10,456 bases of DNA from a virus, in UHGV virus genome UHGV-0112874. The stretch is one strand, 5' to 3'. Of this stretch, positions 1 to 6,398 are shown piece by piece; the stretch's first letter is position 1; each line of letters starts with the position of its first letter. Both the position numbers and the translations under genes were made by a program. The notes under the pieces were generated by a model. It made no database searches. It was not told the DNA's origin and saw only the letters and a list, made by a program, of their open reading frames with translations.

Positions 1-16
1 TTTTAATAAATGACAT
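1..16 (-). CDS. 5' end only (first codons, MSFIK...) of a leftward gene that continues beyond the window start; possibly YfdR-like
   Basis: Minus-strand ATG at 16..14 preceded by GGAG with 6-nt spacing (rc of 17-30 reads ACGTGGAGAACAAAATG); the frame runs off the window edge. Position after yfdQ-like matches the yfdP-yfdQ-yfdR order recalled from E. coli CPS-53. Confidence 0.3.
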
Positions 17-109
17 TTTGTTCTCCACGTATATGCGCTGCACCGCGCTGAATTCTGGTAAAAGGAAGCCCTCACTATCCGGCGATTATTGAGTAAATTA
101 TGTTTCCAT

Positions 110-130
110 AAATGCCCCGCAGGGGCATTT
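110..130 (-). terminator. Perfect 9-bp stem / 3-nt loop hairpin 13 nt downstream of the yfdQ-like stop; possible terminator or attenuator
   Basis: AAATGCCCC-GCA-GGGGCATTT (110-118 pairs 122-130). Flanking sequence is only moderately T-rich on the minus strand, so termination efficiency is uncertain. Confidence 0.4.
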
Positions 131-142
131 GCAGTAATGAAA

Positions 143-967
143 TCAGGCGGTGAAAGTACCAATAAAGGTTTCTACTTTGCTGTCTTTAAATTTCTCAACA
201 AGCAGATCACGAAATTCGTTAGCCATTTCTTCCTGCACCGCTTCCAGCTGAATAATGCGCAGAACCAGTACAGGACGATCGCCAGTGATAATGCTGAGGC
301 GTAATTTAAACGGACGTTCTTTAAGGCCTTCAAACGGAACGCATTTAAATTCAAATGCCACTGGCATAATGTCTTTGGTCTTCGCTTCGACAGACTCCAT
401 CAGGGAGCGTTTGCCGCTGAAGTCATTATCTTCAAAATCAGCGGTCTGGTTTGCTTCAATCGTGATTTTGCGGACTGCCGCAGCCGCTTTTGTTGCCTGA
501 ATGGCGTCACCATTCGCATCAAAGCCCACAAGGTAGTCGGCCCAGTCTTCAATCCATTCTGCCAGTGACTTCTGGGAGTTACGCTCGCCGTTAACAGACA
601 ACAGGGCAGAGAACGGTGCTGTCTTTTTCAGTTTGAGAGTGGCGGTGTTATCTGCGTGACCTGGTTCATCAATAGTACCCAGGTTAAGTACACTGACGGC
701 ACGCATATTATCAGCATCGATAAAGCAGCGGGTGCCTTCATCTGCAAGATCTTTAGAATAACGGGTAAAGTCATCGATGCTGGCAGTGGAAAGCGCACCA
801 CGGAAACGGAAGCGATTTAAATTAAATTTTTCCAGATCATGAATGAGGAAATTCTCAGGCAATGCCACAGCATCGGCACCAATCTTACTGATAATTTCAT
901 TAACACCCTGAGCAGAAATAAGGGCATGGATTTGATTAATTGCGGTTGCGTCTAAGTTCTGAGACAT
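143..967 (-). CDS. yfdQ: YfdQ-like prophage early protein (DUF2303-type, function unknown)
   Basis: 274-aa ORF with protein-like composition; SD GAGGA 6-7 nt upstream of ATG at 967. Length identical to E. coli K-12 CPS-53 YfdQ as I recall it, and it is followed and preceded by genes matching YfdR and YfdP. Identity is recalled, not searched. Confidence 0.8.
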   Translation of the reverse strand: MSQNLDATAINQIHALISAQGVNEIISKIGADAVALPENFLIHDLEKFNLNRFRFRGALSTASIDDFTRYSKDLADEGTRCFIDADNMRAVSVLNLGTIDEPGHADNTATLKLKKTAPFSALLSVNGERNSQKSLAEWIEDWADYLVGFDANGDAIQATKAAAAVRKITIEANQTADFEDNDFSGKRSLMESVEAKTKDIMPVAFEFKCVPFEGLKERPFKLRLSIITGDRPVLVLRIIQLEAVQEEMANEFRDLLVEKFKDSKVETFIGTFTA

Positions 968-1032
968 AATAAGTCCTCACTATATAAATATATTCAGTGA
1001 TGAGATAAATAATCAGTTAATTAAGAACGATA

Positions 1033-1395
1033 TTAATGACCTGCTGCGCGTAGTTTTCCGTCAGGCTCACCGGCAAGAGTCAGTAATTGTCCCTGGTCTT
1101 CCTGCAGAATAGTCAGGCGACCACCGCGATTGACATACATCGGCGTTTCGGTGGTGTCTTCTTCGGAAATTTTCCCGCGGTTAGTCGGGCGAACATATGA
1201 GAGTTTGTGTTTGATTTTCACACGGTTCTCATCAAATGGTTCGATTTCCAGGTTGAGTGAGACCTTACCTTTGGTTTTCGTGTTCATCACACCGGAAGCG
1301 ACTTCACTGAGAACTGCGCCGATTTTGGTTTCAAATACGCCGCCGTCCAGCTCCCCGATAAATGCCTGCACATCAGTACTGCGTTCGCTAGCCAT
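1033..1395 (-). CDS. yfdP: YfdP-like small prophage early protein (120 aa)
   Basis: The track ORF 1033..1581 starts at a TTG inside a structured region. The internal ATG at 1395 (MASERSTDVQAF...) has SD AGGAG upstream (rc reads ATGATGAGGAGCAGCAAAATGGCT) and gives 120 aa, the size recalled for K-12 YfdP, directly upstream of yfdQ-like. Confidence 0.7.
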   Translation of the reverse strand: MASERSTDVQAFIGELDGGVFETKIGAVLSEVASGVMNTKTKGKVSLNLEIEPFDENRVKIKHKLSYVRPTNRGKISEEDTTETPMYVNRGGRLTILQEDQGQLLTLAGEPDGKLRAAGH

Positions 1396-1443
1396 TTTGC
1401 TGCTCCTCATCATATCGACCCTGCAAGGTCGGTTGGTTTCTCC

Positions 1444-1532
1444 ACAAAACAGAGAAGAACACCTGCGGTGGCAGCCGCCCGGATGTATTGGGTTATGAGC
1501 CCGTCGTCCGGTGATGCTCTTCTCTGTTTTGT
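1444..1532 (-). promoter_or_regulatory. Large inverted repeat (15-bp perfect stem, 59-nt interior) in the pL leader, just upstream of the yfdP-like RBS
   Basis: ACAAAACAGAGAAGA (1444-1458) is the exact reverse complement of TCTTCTCTGTTTTGT (1518-1532). A further 5-bp hairpin CGACC/GGTCG sits at 1416-1431 between it and the RBS. Confidence 0.5.
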
Positions 1533-1578
1533 AAAAAGAGCGGTACCAGCCGGAAGCAAGTGTACAAACTGGTACCGC
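1530..1578 (-). terminator. Intrinsic-terminator-like hairpin (10-bp perfect stem, 19-nt loop) followed on the minus strand by UCUUUUUAC; the overlapping sequence CGCTCTTTTTACA resembles boxA
   Basis: GCGGTACCAG (1540-1549) pairs with CTGGTACCGC (1569-1578). On the transcribed minus strand the hairpin is followed by CTCTTTTTAC. CGCTCTTT matches the lambda/rrn boxA core CGCTCTT(A/T) as I recall it. Confidence 0.45.
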
Positions 1579-2009
1579 CAAAGCAGTGGCTGTTGTGGTG
1601 ACCGGTGCTGATCTCCGGTTTGCGGTTATTTCAGACTCTCACGGGCATTTAATTGCCCCGCCGAACAGCTCTTTTCCGCAATAGCTGCAATGTCTTTCGC
1701 GCATCAGCCTGCGCATTCACCACAACGCTGAGAGCACTTAGCCAGTTACGGCACCACACTTTGTCGCGGTTCCATAAATGCCCTCATCGTTGCACCCTGG
1801 TCTCTTCCCAGGCGTCAAACCGAATCGCCACGCTGGTTAGGCGTCTTATCAGCATCCTCATTGACTTGCACATTCCGGCTACCTGGTTTGTTTGCCCGAG
1901 CAAGGAGTGGATTGGCCCCTTTAACGTCCCCAGACCGCTAACGACGCATGTGCCATACGCCGTGTTACAACCAAATTTTGTTAGTACCTTGTTTGTTGGT
2001 CTGGAAAGA

Positions 2010-2061
2010 AAGATAAAATGAAGTTGCGCATTATGCAAGTGTTTTGTTGCGAGATATGCAA
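2010..2061 (-). promoter_or_regulatory. oL/pL: two 15-bp operator-like sites (TTGC-N7-GCAA) overlapping a leftward promoter
   Basis: TTGCGCATTATGCAA (2024-2038) and TTGCGAGATATGCAA (2047-2061), centres 23 bp apart. On the minus strand -35 TTGCAT (2038..2033), 17-nt spacer, -10 TATCTT (2015..2010). Same half-site family as the cI-cro intergenic sites. Confidence 0.5.
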
Positions 2062-2070
2062 CTTGGTGGG

Positions 2071-2096
2071 TAATGAAAAGCCACCTTCGGGTGGCT
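2071..2096 (-). terminator. Rho-independent terminator of the cI transcript
   Basis: Stem AGCCACC (2079-2085) / GGTGGCT (2090-2096) with TTCG loop, 20 nt downstream of the cI stop, followed on the minus strand by UUUUCAUUA. Confidence 0.6.
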
Positions 2097-2116
2097 AATT
2101 GATGAGGAGGTAAGGG

Positions 2117-2809
2117 TTAATTGTGTCGCTTAAGGGTTTGTGACTGGCTGATTAAGACCTTTCCAAAGACCATAAACCGGTGTTCATTTTCGCTGGTAAT
2201 TCCCCATTCACGGTAAATCTGGTTATCAGAAATCACCAGTAGTTTGTCAGGTATCATTTGCAGTCGTTTGACATAAATTTTATCATCAAAACCAAATACA
2301 TAGATACCATCTCCATCAAACTGATTGATACTGACATCAACGAAGATGAGATCTCCTGGCTCAATGGTTGGACACATACTGTCCCCACGAACGTTGATAA
2401 CTTTAATGTGATTGGCTGGTCGTCCGCCAAACATCGATACAGCATTATCAGTTCTGTATTCAATGGCATGAATCACATCAATGACATCACCGCCCTGGAT
2501 AAGGCCATTTCCCGCACTGGCACTGACATCCAGCATTTCAATACGGAATACATCCTTCACCTGCGCAACATCCTCATTAATACTGTTTTTACATACAGTA
2601 TTACTTTTGAAGTCTGAGGTAAAGAGATCAGCAATATCAACACCTAAGCTCCTGGCAATATTACTCAGGGCTTGTTCAGTGAATTGTTTCTGCTTACCTG
2701 TTTCCAGGCGCGAGATATTCGCCGCATCCACTCCTATTGCTTCAGCGAGATCGGCGATTTTCATGTTCTTCGCCTGGCGAAGTTGTCTGACTCGATTTCC
2801 TATGTTCAT
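2117..2809 (-). CDS. CI-type phage repressor (N-terminal XRE HTH, C-terminal S24/LexA-like autopeptidase domain)
   Basis: 230 aa. N-terminus MNIGNRVRQLRQAKNMKIADLAEAIGVDAANISRLETGKQ is a typical HTH; C-terminal ...VRGDSMCPTIEPGDLIFVD...KIYVKRL carries the Ser (GDSM) and Lys (KRL) catalytic pattern of LexA/CI-type repressors. Divergent from cro-like with operators between. No SD upstream of the ATG. Confidence 0.9.
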   Translation of the reverse strand: MNIGNRVRQLRQAKNMKIADLAEAIGVDAANISRLETGKQKQFTEQALSNIARSLGVDIADLFTSDFKSNTVCKNSINEDVAQVKDVFRIEMLDVSASAGNGLIQGGDVIDVIHAIEYRTDNAVSMFGGRPANHIKVINVRGDSMCPTIEPGDLIFVDVSINQFDGDGIYVFGFDDKIYVKRLQMIPDKLLVISDNQIYREWGITSENEHRFMVFGKVLISQSQTLKRHN

Positions 2810-2906
2810 GCGTTTATTACATTTCTTTATTGCGCGTTAAGCAAATCAACTTGCGCAAAATATTTGCGTGAAATAATATGCTCATCACGCAATATGTGGA
2901 GGTTAT
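2810..2906. promoter_or_regulatory. oR region with divergent pR and pRM-like promoters; three operator-like sites at 24-bp centre spacing
   Basis: Sites TTGCGCGTTAAGCAA (2830-2844), CGCAAAATATTTGCG (2854-2868), ATGCTCATCACGCAA (2878-2892), centres 2837/2861/2885. pR: -35 TTGCGC (2851-2856), 17 nt, -10 TAATAT (2874-2879), then SD GGAGG (2898-2902) and cro ATG 2907. Minus strand: -10 TAATAA (2819..2814) ends 4 nt before the cI ATG, suggesting a leaderless cI mRNA as at lambda pRM. Confidence 0.6.
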
Positions 2907-3167
2907 ATGCAATCACCATTACGGAATGTGCGTAAGGCGCACGGATTTACTTTGCAGCATGTTGCTGCTGGCGTTCAGGTCAATCCAGCGACGCTGAGTC
3001 GTATTGAAAGACTGGAACAAATTCCATCTATCGATCTTGCAGAACGTCTGGCCAATTTTTTTAAGGGTGAAATCAGCGAAATGCAGATTCTTTATCCGGC
3101 ACGTTTTCAATCTAGCCAAAACCAGAATGGGTTTAAACCACAGGAACAGGAGGTAAGCCGTGGGTAA
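2907..3167 (+). CDS. Cro-like HTH (XRE-family) regulator
   Basis: 86 aa. HTH ...KAHGFTLQHVAAGVQVNPATLSRIERLEQIPS...; SD GGAGG 4 nt upstream of the ATG; divergent from the CI-like gene. Confidence 0.85.
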   Translation: MQSPLRNVRKAHGFTLQHVAAGVQVNPATLSRIERLEQIPSIDLAERLANFFKGEISEMQILYPARFQSSQNQNGFKPQEQEVSRG

Positions 3168-3711
3168 TCATCACTGGAAAGTGGAAAAACAGCCTGAGTG
3201 GTACGTGAAAGCTGTCAGAAAAACTATCGCGGCGTTGCCGGGGGGTTACGCTGAAGCTGCTGAGTGGCTGGATGTAACAGAGAACGCTTTATTCAACCGC
3301 CTTCGTGCAGATGGCGATCAGATTTTCCCGCTGGGATGGGCAATGATTTTACAGCGTGCTGCTGGCACTCACTACATTGCGGATGCTGTCGCACAGTCTG
3401 CTGGTGGGGTGTTTGTATCGCTTCCTGAAATTGAGGAAGTAGAGAACGCAGATATAAACCAGCGCCTGCTGGAAGTCATCGAACAGATCGGGAGTTACTC
3501 AAAGCAGATTCGTTCGGCAATCGAAGATGGGGTAGTGGAGCCACACGAGCAGACAGCAATTAATGATGAATTGTATCTGTCAATTTCGAAGCTCCAGGAG
3601 CATGCGGCACTGGTCTACAAAATTTTCTGCGCTCCAGAAAAGAGTGACGCCCGCGAGTGTGCAGCTCCGGGCGTCGTGGCGTTTTGTGTCTGTGGAGAAA
3701 CTAACGCATGA
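3160..3711 (+). CDS. CII-like / YdaT-like early regulatory protein (positional analogue of lambda CII)
   Basis: 183-aa ORF with GTG start at 3160 and SD AGGAGG (3148-3153) at 6-nt spacing, overlapping the cro stop by 8 nt (translational coupling). Position directly after cro and the size fit YdaT/CII-type proteins of Rac-like prophages; assignment by recollection and context only. Confidence 0.7.
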   Translation: MGNHHWKVEKQPEWYVKAVRKTIAALPGGYAEAAEWLDVTENALFNRLRADGDQIFPLGWAMILQRAAGTHYIADAVAQSAGGVFVSLPEIEEVENADINQRLLEVIEQIGSYSKQIRSAIEDGVVEPHEQTAINDELYLSISKLQEHAALVYKIFCAPEKSDARECAAPGVVAFCVCGETNA

Positions 3712-3856
3712 ACAGTTTAACGGCAAATAACCGTTTGTCGCAACAGCTGGTGGTCAGCGTCGCTGAACACCTGTTGTTACGGCATGAATGCAGATTACCA
3801 AATCACCTGGCTGTAAGTAACCACAGAGAACTTTACCTGACTGTGGGGGGCGAGTT

Positions 3857-4036
3857 GTGCAGGAACTTAACCGCTGGTTTCGTGACGGAAGAGGGCTTTA
3901 TGTCCATGTTATTCGTTGGGAGCCAGAAACACAGCGCGTTATCTATCTTCGCAAAGACTACCCGCATGAGTGCTTTAGTCCTTTGTGGAAATTCAGGCGT
4001 GATTTTGTTGAGTGTGAAGGACCACCAGCACATTGA
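3857..4036 (+). CDS. Small hypothetical protein (59 aa, GTG start) not in the ORF track; lies in an alternative frame inside the 5' part of track ORF 3708..5189
   Basis: GTG 3857 preceded by GGGGGG (3845-3850). Translation MQELNRWFRDGRGLYVHVIRWEPETQRVIYLRKDYPHECFSPLWKFRRDFVECEGPPAH has a balanced, protein-like composition (W, Y, charged residues), whereas the overlapping frame-0 translation is Leu/Ser/Val/His-rich and looks non-coding. Confidence 0.4.
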   Translation: MQELNRWFRDGRGLYVHVIRWEPETQRVIYLRKDYPHECFSPLWKFRRDFVECEGPPAH

Positions 4037-4121
4037 TTCTGCCATTCCGGGACGTTACACTGTTCAGGCACCTTATAAAGCGGGTGCCGGGATTGGCGTC
4101 CTGGAGAAGGCTACCGCGTAC

Positions 4122-4144
4122 AACCGCGTAGATGCGGTTTTTTT
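4122..4144 (+). terminator. Candidate intrinsic terminator (tR1-like) between the small ORF and the Rha-family gene
   Basis: AACCGC (4122-4127) - GTAGAT loop - GCGGTT (4134-4139) followed by a T-run to 4144 (7 T including the stem end). Confidence 0.35.
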
Positions 4145-4310
4145 GTACGCATTATTTTGTCACGCCCAAATTATGGTGGGGCGTACAGGGGCATCGCAAG
4201 ATGCGCCGGTAAGGGTAGCCGCCGGTAACGCCAACTCTGTACGTCTCACCACCTCTATGATTGGCGTCTTATGTGGTGAGTTTTTTAAGCTTGCTACCGA
4301 GGCTGCCATT

Positions 4311-5189
4311 ATGGCTACGATCCCAACCTTTGTTCACCCTGAAATCACGATCATCAATGGTCGTGCTGTCACTACATCTCTTGCAGTTGCTAACTACTTT
4401 ACTAAACGGCATGAGCGGGTTTTAGATAGAATTCGAAACCTTGAATGCTCCGCTGAATTTGCTGAACACAATTTTGTGTTAAGTGGTTACCAGCATATTG
4501 CTGACCAGTGCGAGATTAGCAAACGTTCTGTGATGAATCATATTGCGGCCCTTTGTGAGTCCGGGCTGGTAAAAAAAGTCACCCGGAAAGGTGAAAAAGG
4601 TAACTCAAGTAATATCTATCTCCTTCATCTGGATGGTGCAGGAGATTCACTAGGGGGTAGTGCAAATAATTCACTATCTGGTGCAGCAAATTCACCAGGT
4701 AGTGCAGGAGTTGCACCAGGGGGTAGTGCAGGAGATTCACCCAGAACCAGTCACTCTTTTGAACCAGTCAAAGAACCAGTCAATGAACCAATAGCTGTTG
4801 GTGCATCAGTTGATGAGTCCGTGCGAGTTCGTTCAAACCGACCGGAATATTCTCCGGAGTTTGAGCAGGCATGGCTGGCATATCCCAAACGTGCTGGTGG
4901 CAATTCAAAATCTGCAGCCTTCAAAGCCTGGAAAGCCCGTTTGAATGAGGGGGTAAACCCCGAAACCATGCTGGAAGGTGTGAAACGCTACGCGGGCTGG
5001 GTATCTGCGATGGGTAACAGCGGCACACAATTTGTGAAACAGGCTGTCACGTTCTTTGGTCCGGATCGTCATTTCGAAGAATCCTGGGAAGTTCCTGCGG
5101 TATCTGCAGCCAGACGCGAGGATCCGTACTTCAAAGCCAGTTACGACAACGTGGACTACAGCCAGATCCCGGCAGGATTCAGGGGGTGA
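4311..5189 (+). CDS. Rha-family (Phage_pRha-type DNA-binding domain) protein with a C-terminal replication-initiator-like domain; start uncertain
   Basis: N-terminal ...ITIINGRAVTTSLAVANYFTKRHERVLDRIRNLEC... is the hallmark Rha motif; C-terminal ...FEQAWLAYPKRAGGNSKSAAFKAWKARL... resembles phage replication-initiation/replisome-organiser domains. ATG 4311 has GAGG at 8-nt spacing. The frame is open back to 3708 but the upstream part looks non-coding; 4173 and 4257 are alternative starts. Confidence 0.7.
   Translation: MATIPTFVHPEITIINGRAVTTSLAVANYFTKRHERVLDRIRNLECSAEFAEHNFVLSGYQHIADQCEISKRSVMNHIAALCESGLVKKVTRKGEKGNSSNIYLLHLDGAGDSLGGSANNSLSGAANSPGSAGVAPGGSAGDSPRTSHSFEPVKEPVNEPIAVGASVDESVRVRSNRPEYSPEFEQAWLAYPKRAGGNSKSAAFKAWKARLNEGVNPETMLEGVKRYAGWVSAMGNSGTQFVKQAVTFFGPDRHFEESWEVPAVSAARREDPYFKASYDNVDYSQIPAGFRG
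4633..4790 (+). repeat. Imperfect short tandem repeats inside the Rha-family gene, encoding a Gly/Ser/Ala-rich linker
   Basis: GTGCAGGAGATTCAC occurs at 4636-4650 and 4726-4740; GGGGGTAGTGCA occurs twice; GAACCAGTCAA is repeated at 4761-4783. Protein: GDSLGGSANNSLSGAANSPGSAGVAPGGSAGDSP...EPVKEPVNEP. Confidence 0.5.
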
Positions 5190-5191
5190 TC

Positions 5192-5565
5192 ATGAGTCTT
5201 TTGAATGAAGTTCAGAAATTCATTGAAGCCCATCCGGGGTGTACTTCCGGAGACATTGCGGATGCTTTTGCAGGTTACTCACGGCAGCGCGTTCTGCAGT
5301 CAGCAAGCAAGTTACGTCAGAGTGGGCGTGTGGCTCACCGTTGTGAAGGAGATACACGCAGACATTTCCCGCGCCTGACCGGATCCGCGATCTGGACAAC
5401 TATAACAAGGCGCTGTTTGACGCCCTGACCCACGCGGGTGTGTGGGAAGACGACAGCCAGGTGAAAAGAATGCTGGTGGAGTGGGGACCGGTTATCCCGG
5501 AAGGGAAGGTCGAGATCACTATCAGTAAGTACGAAAAAGCGAGTGGCAAATTAGCAACTCGGTAA
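5192..5565 (+). pseudogene. rusA: rusA-like Holliday-junction resolvase gene disrupted by frameshifts
   Basis: Frame starting after the stop at 5344-5346 translates to ...FPAPDRIRDLDNYNKALFDALTHAGVWEDDSQVKRMLVEWGPVIPEGKVEITISKYE..., closely matching the RusA C-terminal half (RDLDN...FDALT.AG.W.DD.QV) as recalled, but with no in-frame start. An ATG ORF (5192..5428, 80 aa) runs in another frame over the same DNA, and short RusA-like pieces (GRFYRH; VVKEIHAD) appear in other frames upstream. Total span (~124 codons) equals a RusA-sized gene. Confidence 0.5.
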
Positions 5566-5716
5566 CGGAATTGAGCAACACCTTAAATTTGAATATTACC
5601 TCGTTAGAGATACTGTATTTATGAACAGTGTATCCTTGATTACTATTAAAAATCGCAGTAAGTTCATCTTGCATCAACAAAAAGGGAGTGCAGTCCCGAA
5701 ATTTGTGGAGAAACCA

Positions 5717-6385
5717 ATGAATCAGTTGCTTGTAATTGATGGCGTTTCTGTGCGCCAGTACTTCGAATCTAACTACTGTCTTAACGACCTTCAGAAAGCT
5801 GCTCTTCTTGCCGCTGGTGAGAAGCGTTCCTCCCGTTCGCTGGAAGTTCACGAGTTTATGCGTCGTCCTGAAACGAAGGCTCTTGTGGAATTACTGGAAG
5901 AAGAAACTACGGGAGATTCCCGTAGTATTCCTGTCATCACCATTCAGGGGCGCAATGGTGGGACGTATGTCTGTAAAGAGCTGGTCTATGCATATGCAAT
6001 GTGGATCAGCCCGGCATTCAGCTTAAAAGTGATACGTACTTTTGATGCGCTTCATAATTCATCACCAGAAGAAACCACATCCGACAAAATTAAATCCGGG
6101 GTCATTCTGCTTGAATCAGCAGCAAAGACTCTAAATCTGTCAAACTCCTCGAAACTTGGTGCATACCAGAAATTATCAAAGGTAGCTGGTCTTCCTGAAC
6201 TTATGCCGATCTATGCCATTGATGCACCTGCTGATGCGCCAGATGGTTCAAGCCGCCCTACACTGTCGCTGAGTGCACTGCTGAAGCAGTATGGTACCGT
6301 GGCATTTGAAGAGAAGTATGGCTCCCAGCTGGAGCTGATATTTCGTTTTATCGATCGTGCGCTGGCAATAGGCGTACTGGCGTAA
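5717..6385 (+). CDS. KilA-N domain protein
   Basis: ...GGTYVCKELVYAYAMWISPAFSLKVI... is the characteristic KilA-N core. ATG 5717 has SD GGAG 6 nt upstream; the track ORF start 5621 has no RBS. Confidence 0.8.
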   Translation: MNQLLVIDGVSVRQYFESNYCLNDLQKAALLAAGEKRSSRSLEVHEFMRRPETKALVELLEEETTGDSRSIPVITIQGRNGGTYVCKELVYAYAMWISPAFSLKVIRTFDALHNSSPEETTSDKIKSGVILLESAAKTLNLSNSSKLGAYQKLSKVAGLPELMPIYAIDAPADAPDGSSRPTLSLSALLKQYGTVAFEEKYGSQLELIFRFIDRALAIGVLA

Positions 6386-6398
6386 GTGGAGAACGAGC

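Noticed and set aside
89-304. Track ORF, + strand, 71 aa
   Set aside because: Lies antisense within the 3' end of the yfdQ-like gene and over the terminator hairpin; low-complexity translation and no RBS.
1130-1498. Track ORF, + strand, 122 aa
   Set aside because: Antisense to the yfdP-like gene and the leader hairpins; Ser/Leu/Arg-rich out-of-frame-type composition.
1444-1578. Retron msr-msd-like inverted repeats
   Set aside because: The inverted repeats enclose only 59 nt and there is no reverse-transcriptase gene nearby; more consistent with terminator or antiterminator RNA structures.
1653-2038. Track ORFs 1653..2021 (+) and 1784..2038 (-) in the pL leader
   Set aside because: The minus-strand ORF starts with TTG inside the oL operator and neither translation looks like a protein or like an arginine-rich N antiterminator. 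Treated as a non-coding structured leader, though an unusual N-like gene cannot be excluded without searches.
2254-2935. Track ORFs overlapping cI on the opposite strand or in other frames (2254..2469, 2258..2617, 2481..2840, 2672..2935)
   Set aside because: All overlap the well-supported CI repressor gene; no RBS; compositions typical of non-coding frames.
3833-4045. Track ORF, - strand, 70 aa
   Set aside because: Antisense to the rightward early operon; no RBS or promoter context.
3708-4310. N-terminal 200 codons of track ORF 3708..5189
   Set aside because: No Rha homology, non-protein-like composition, an alternative protein-like frame (3857-4036) and a terminator-like hairpin inside it; the start was moved to 4311. 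Could still be a genuine extension; needs a homology check.
4751-4969. Track ORF, - strand, 72 aa
   Set aside because: Antisense within the Rha-family gene; arises from the repeat-rich region.
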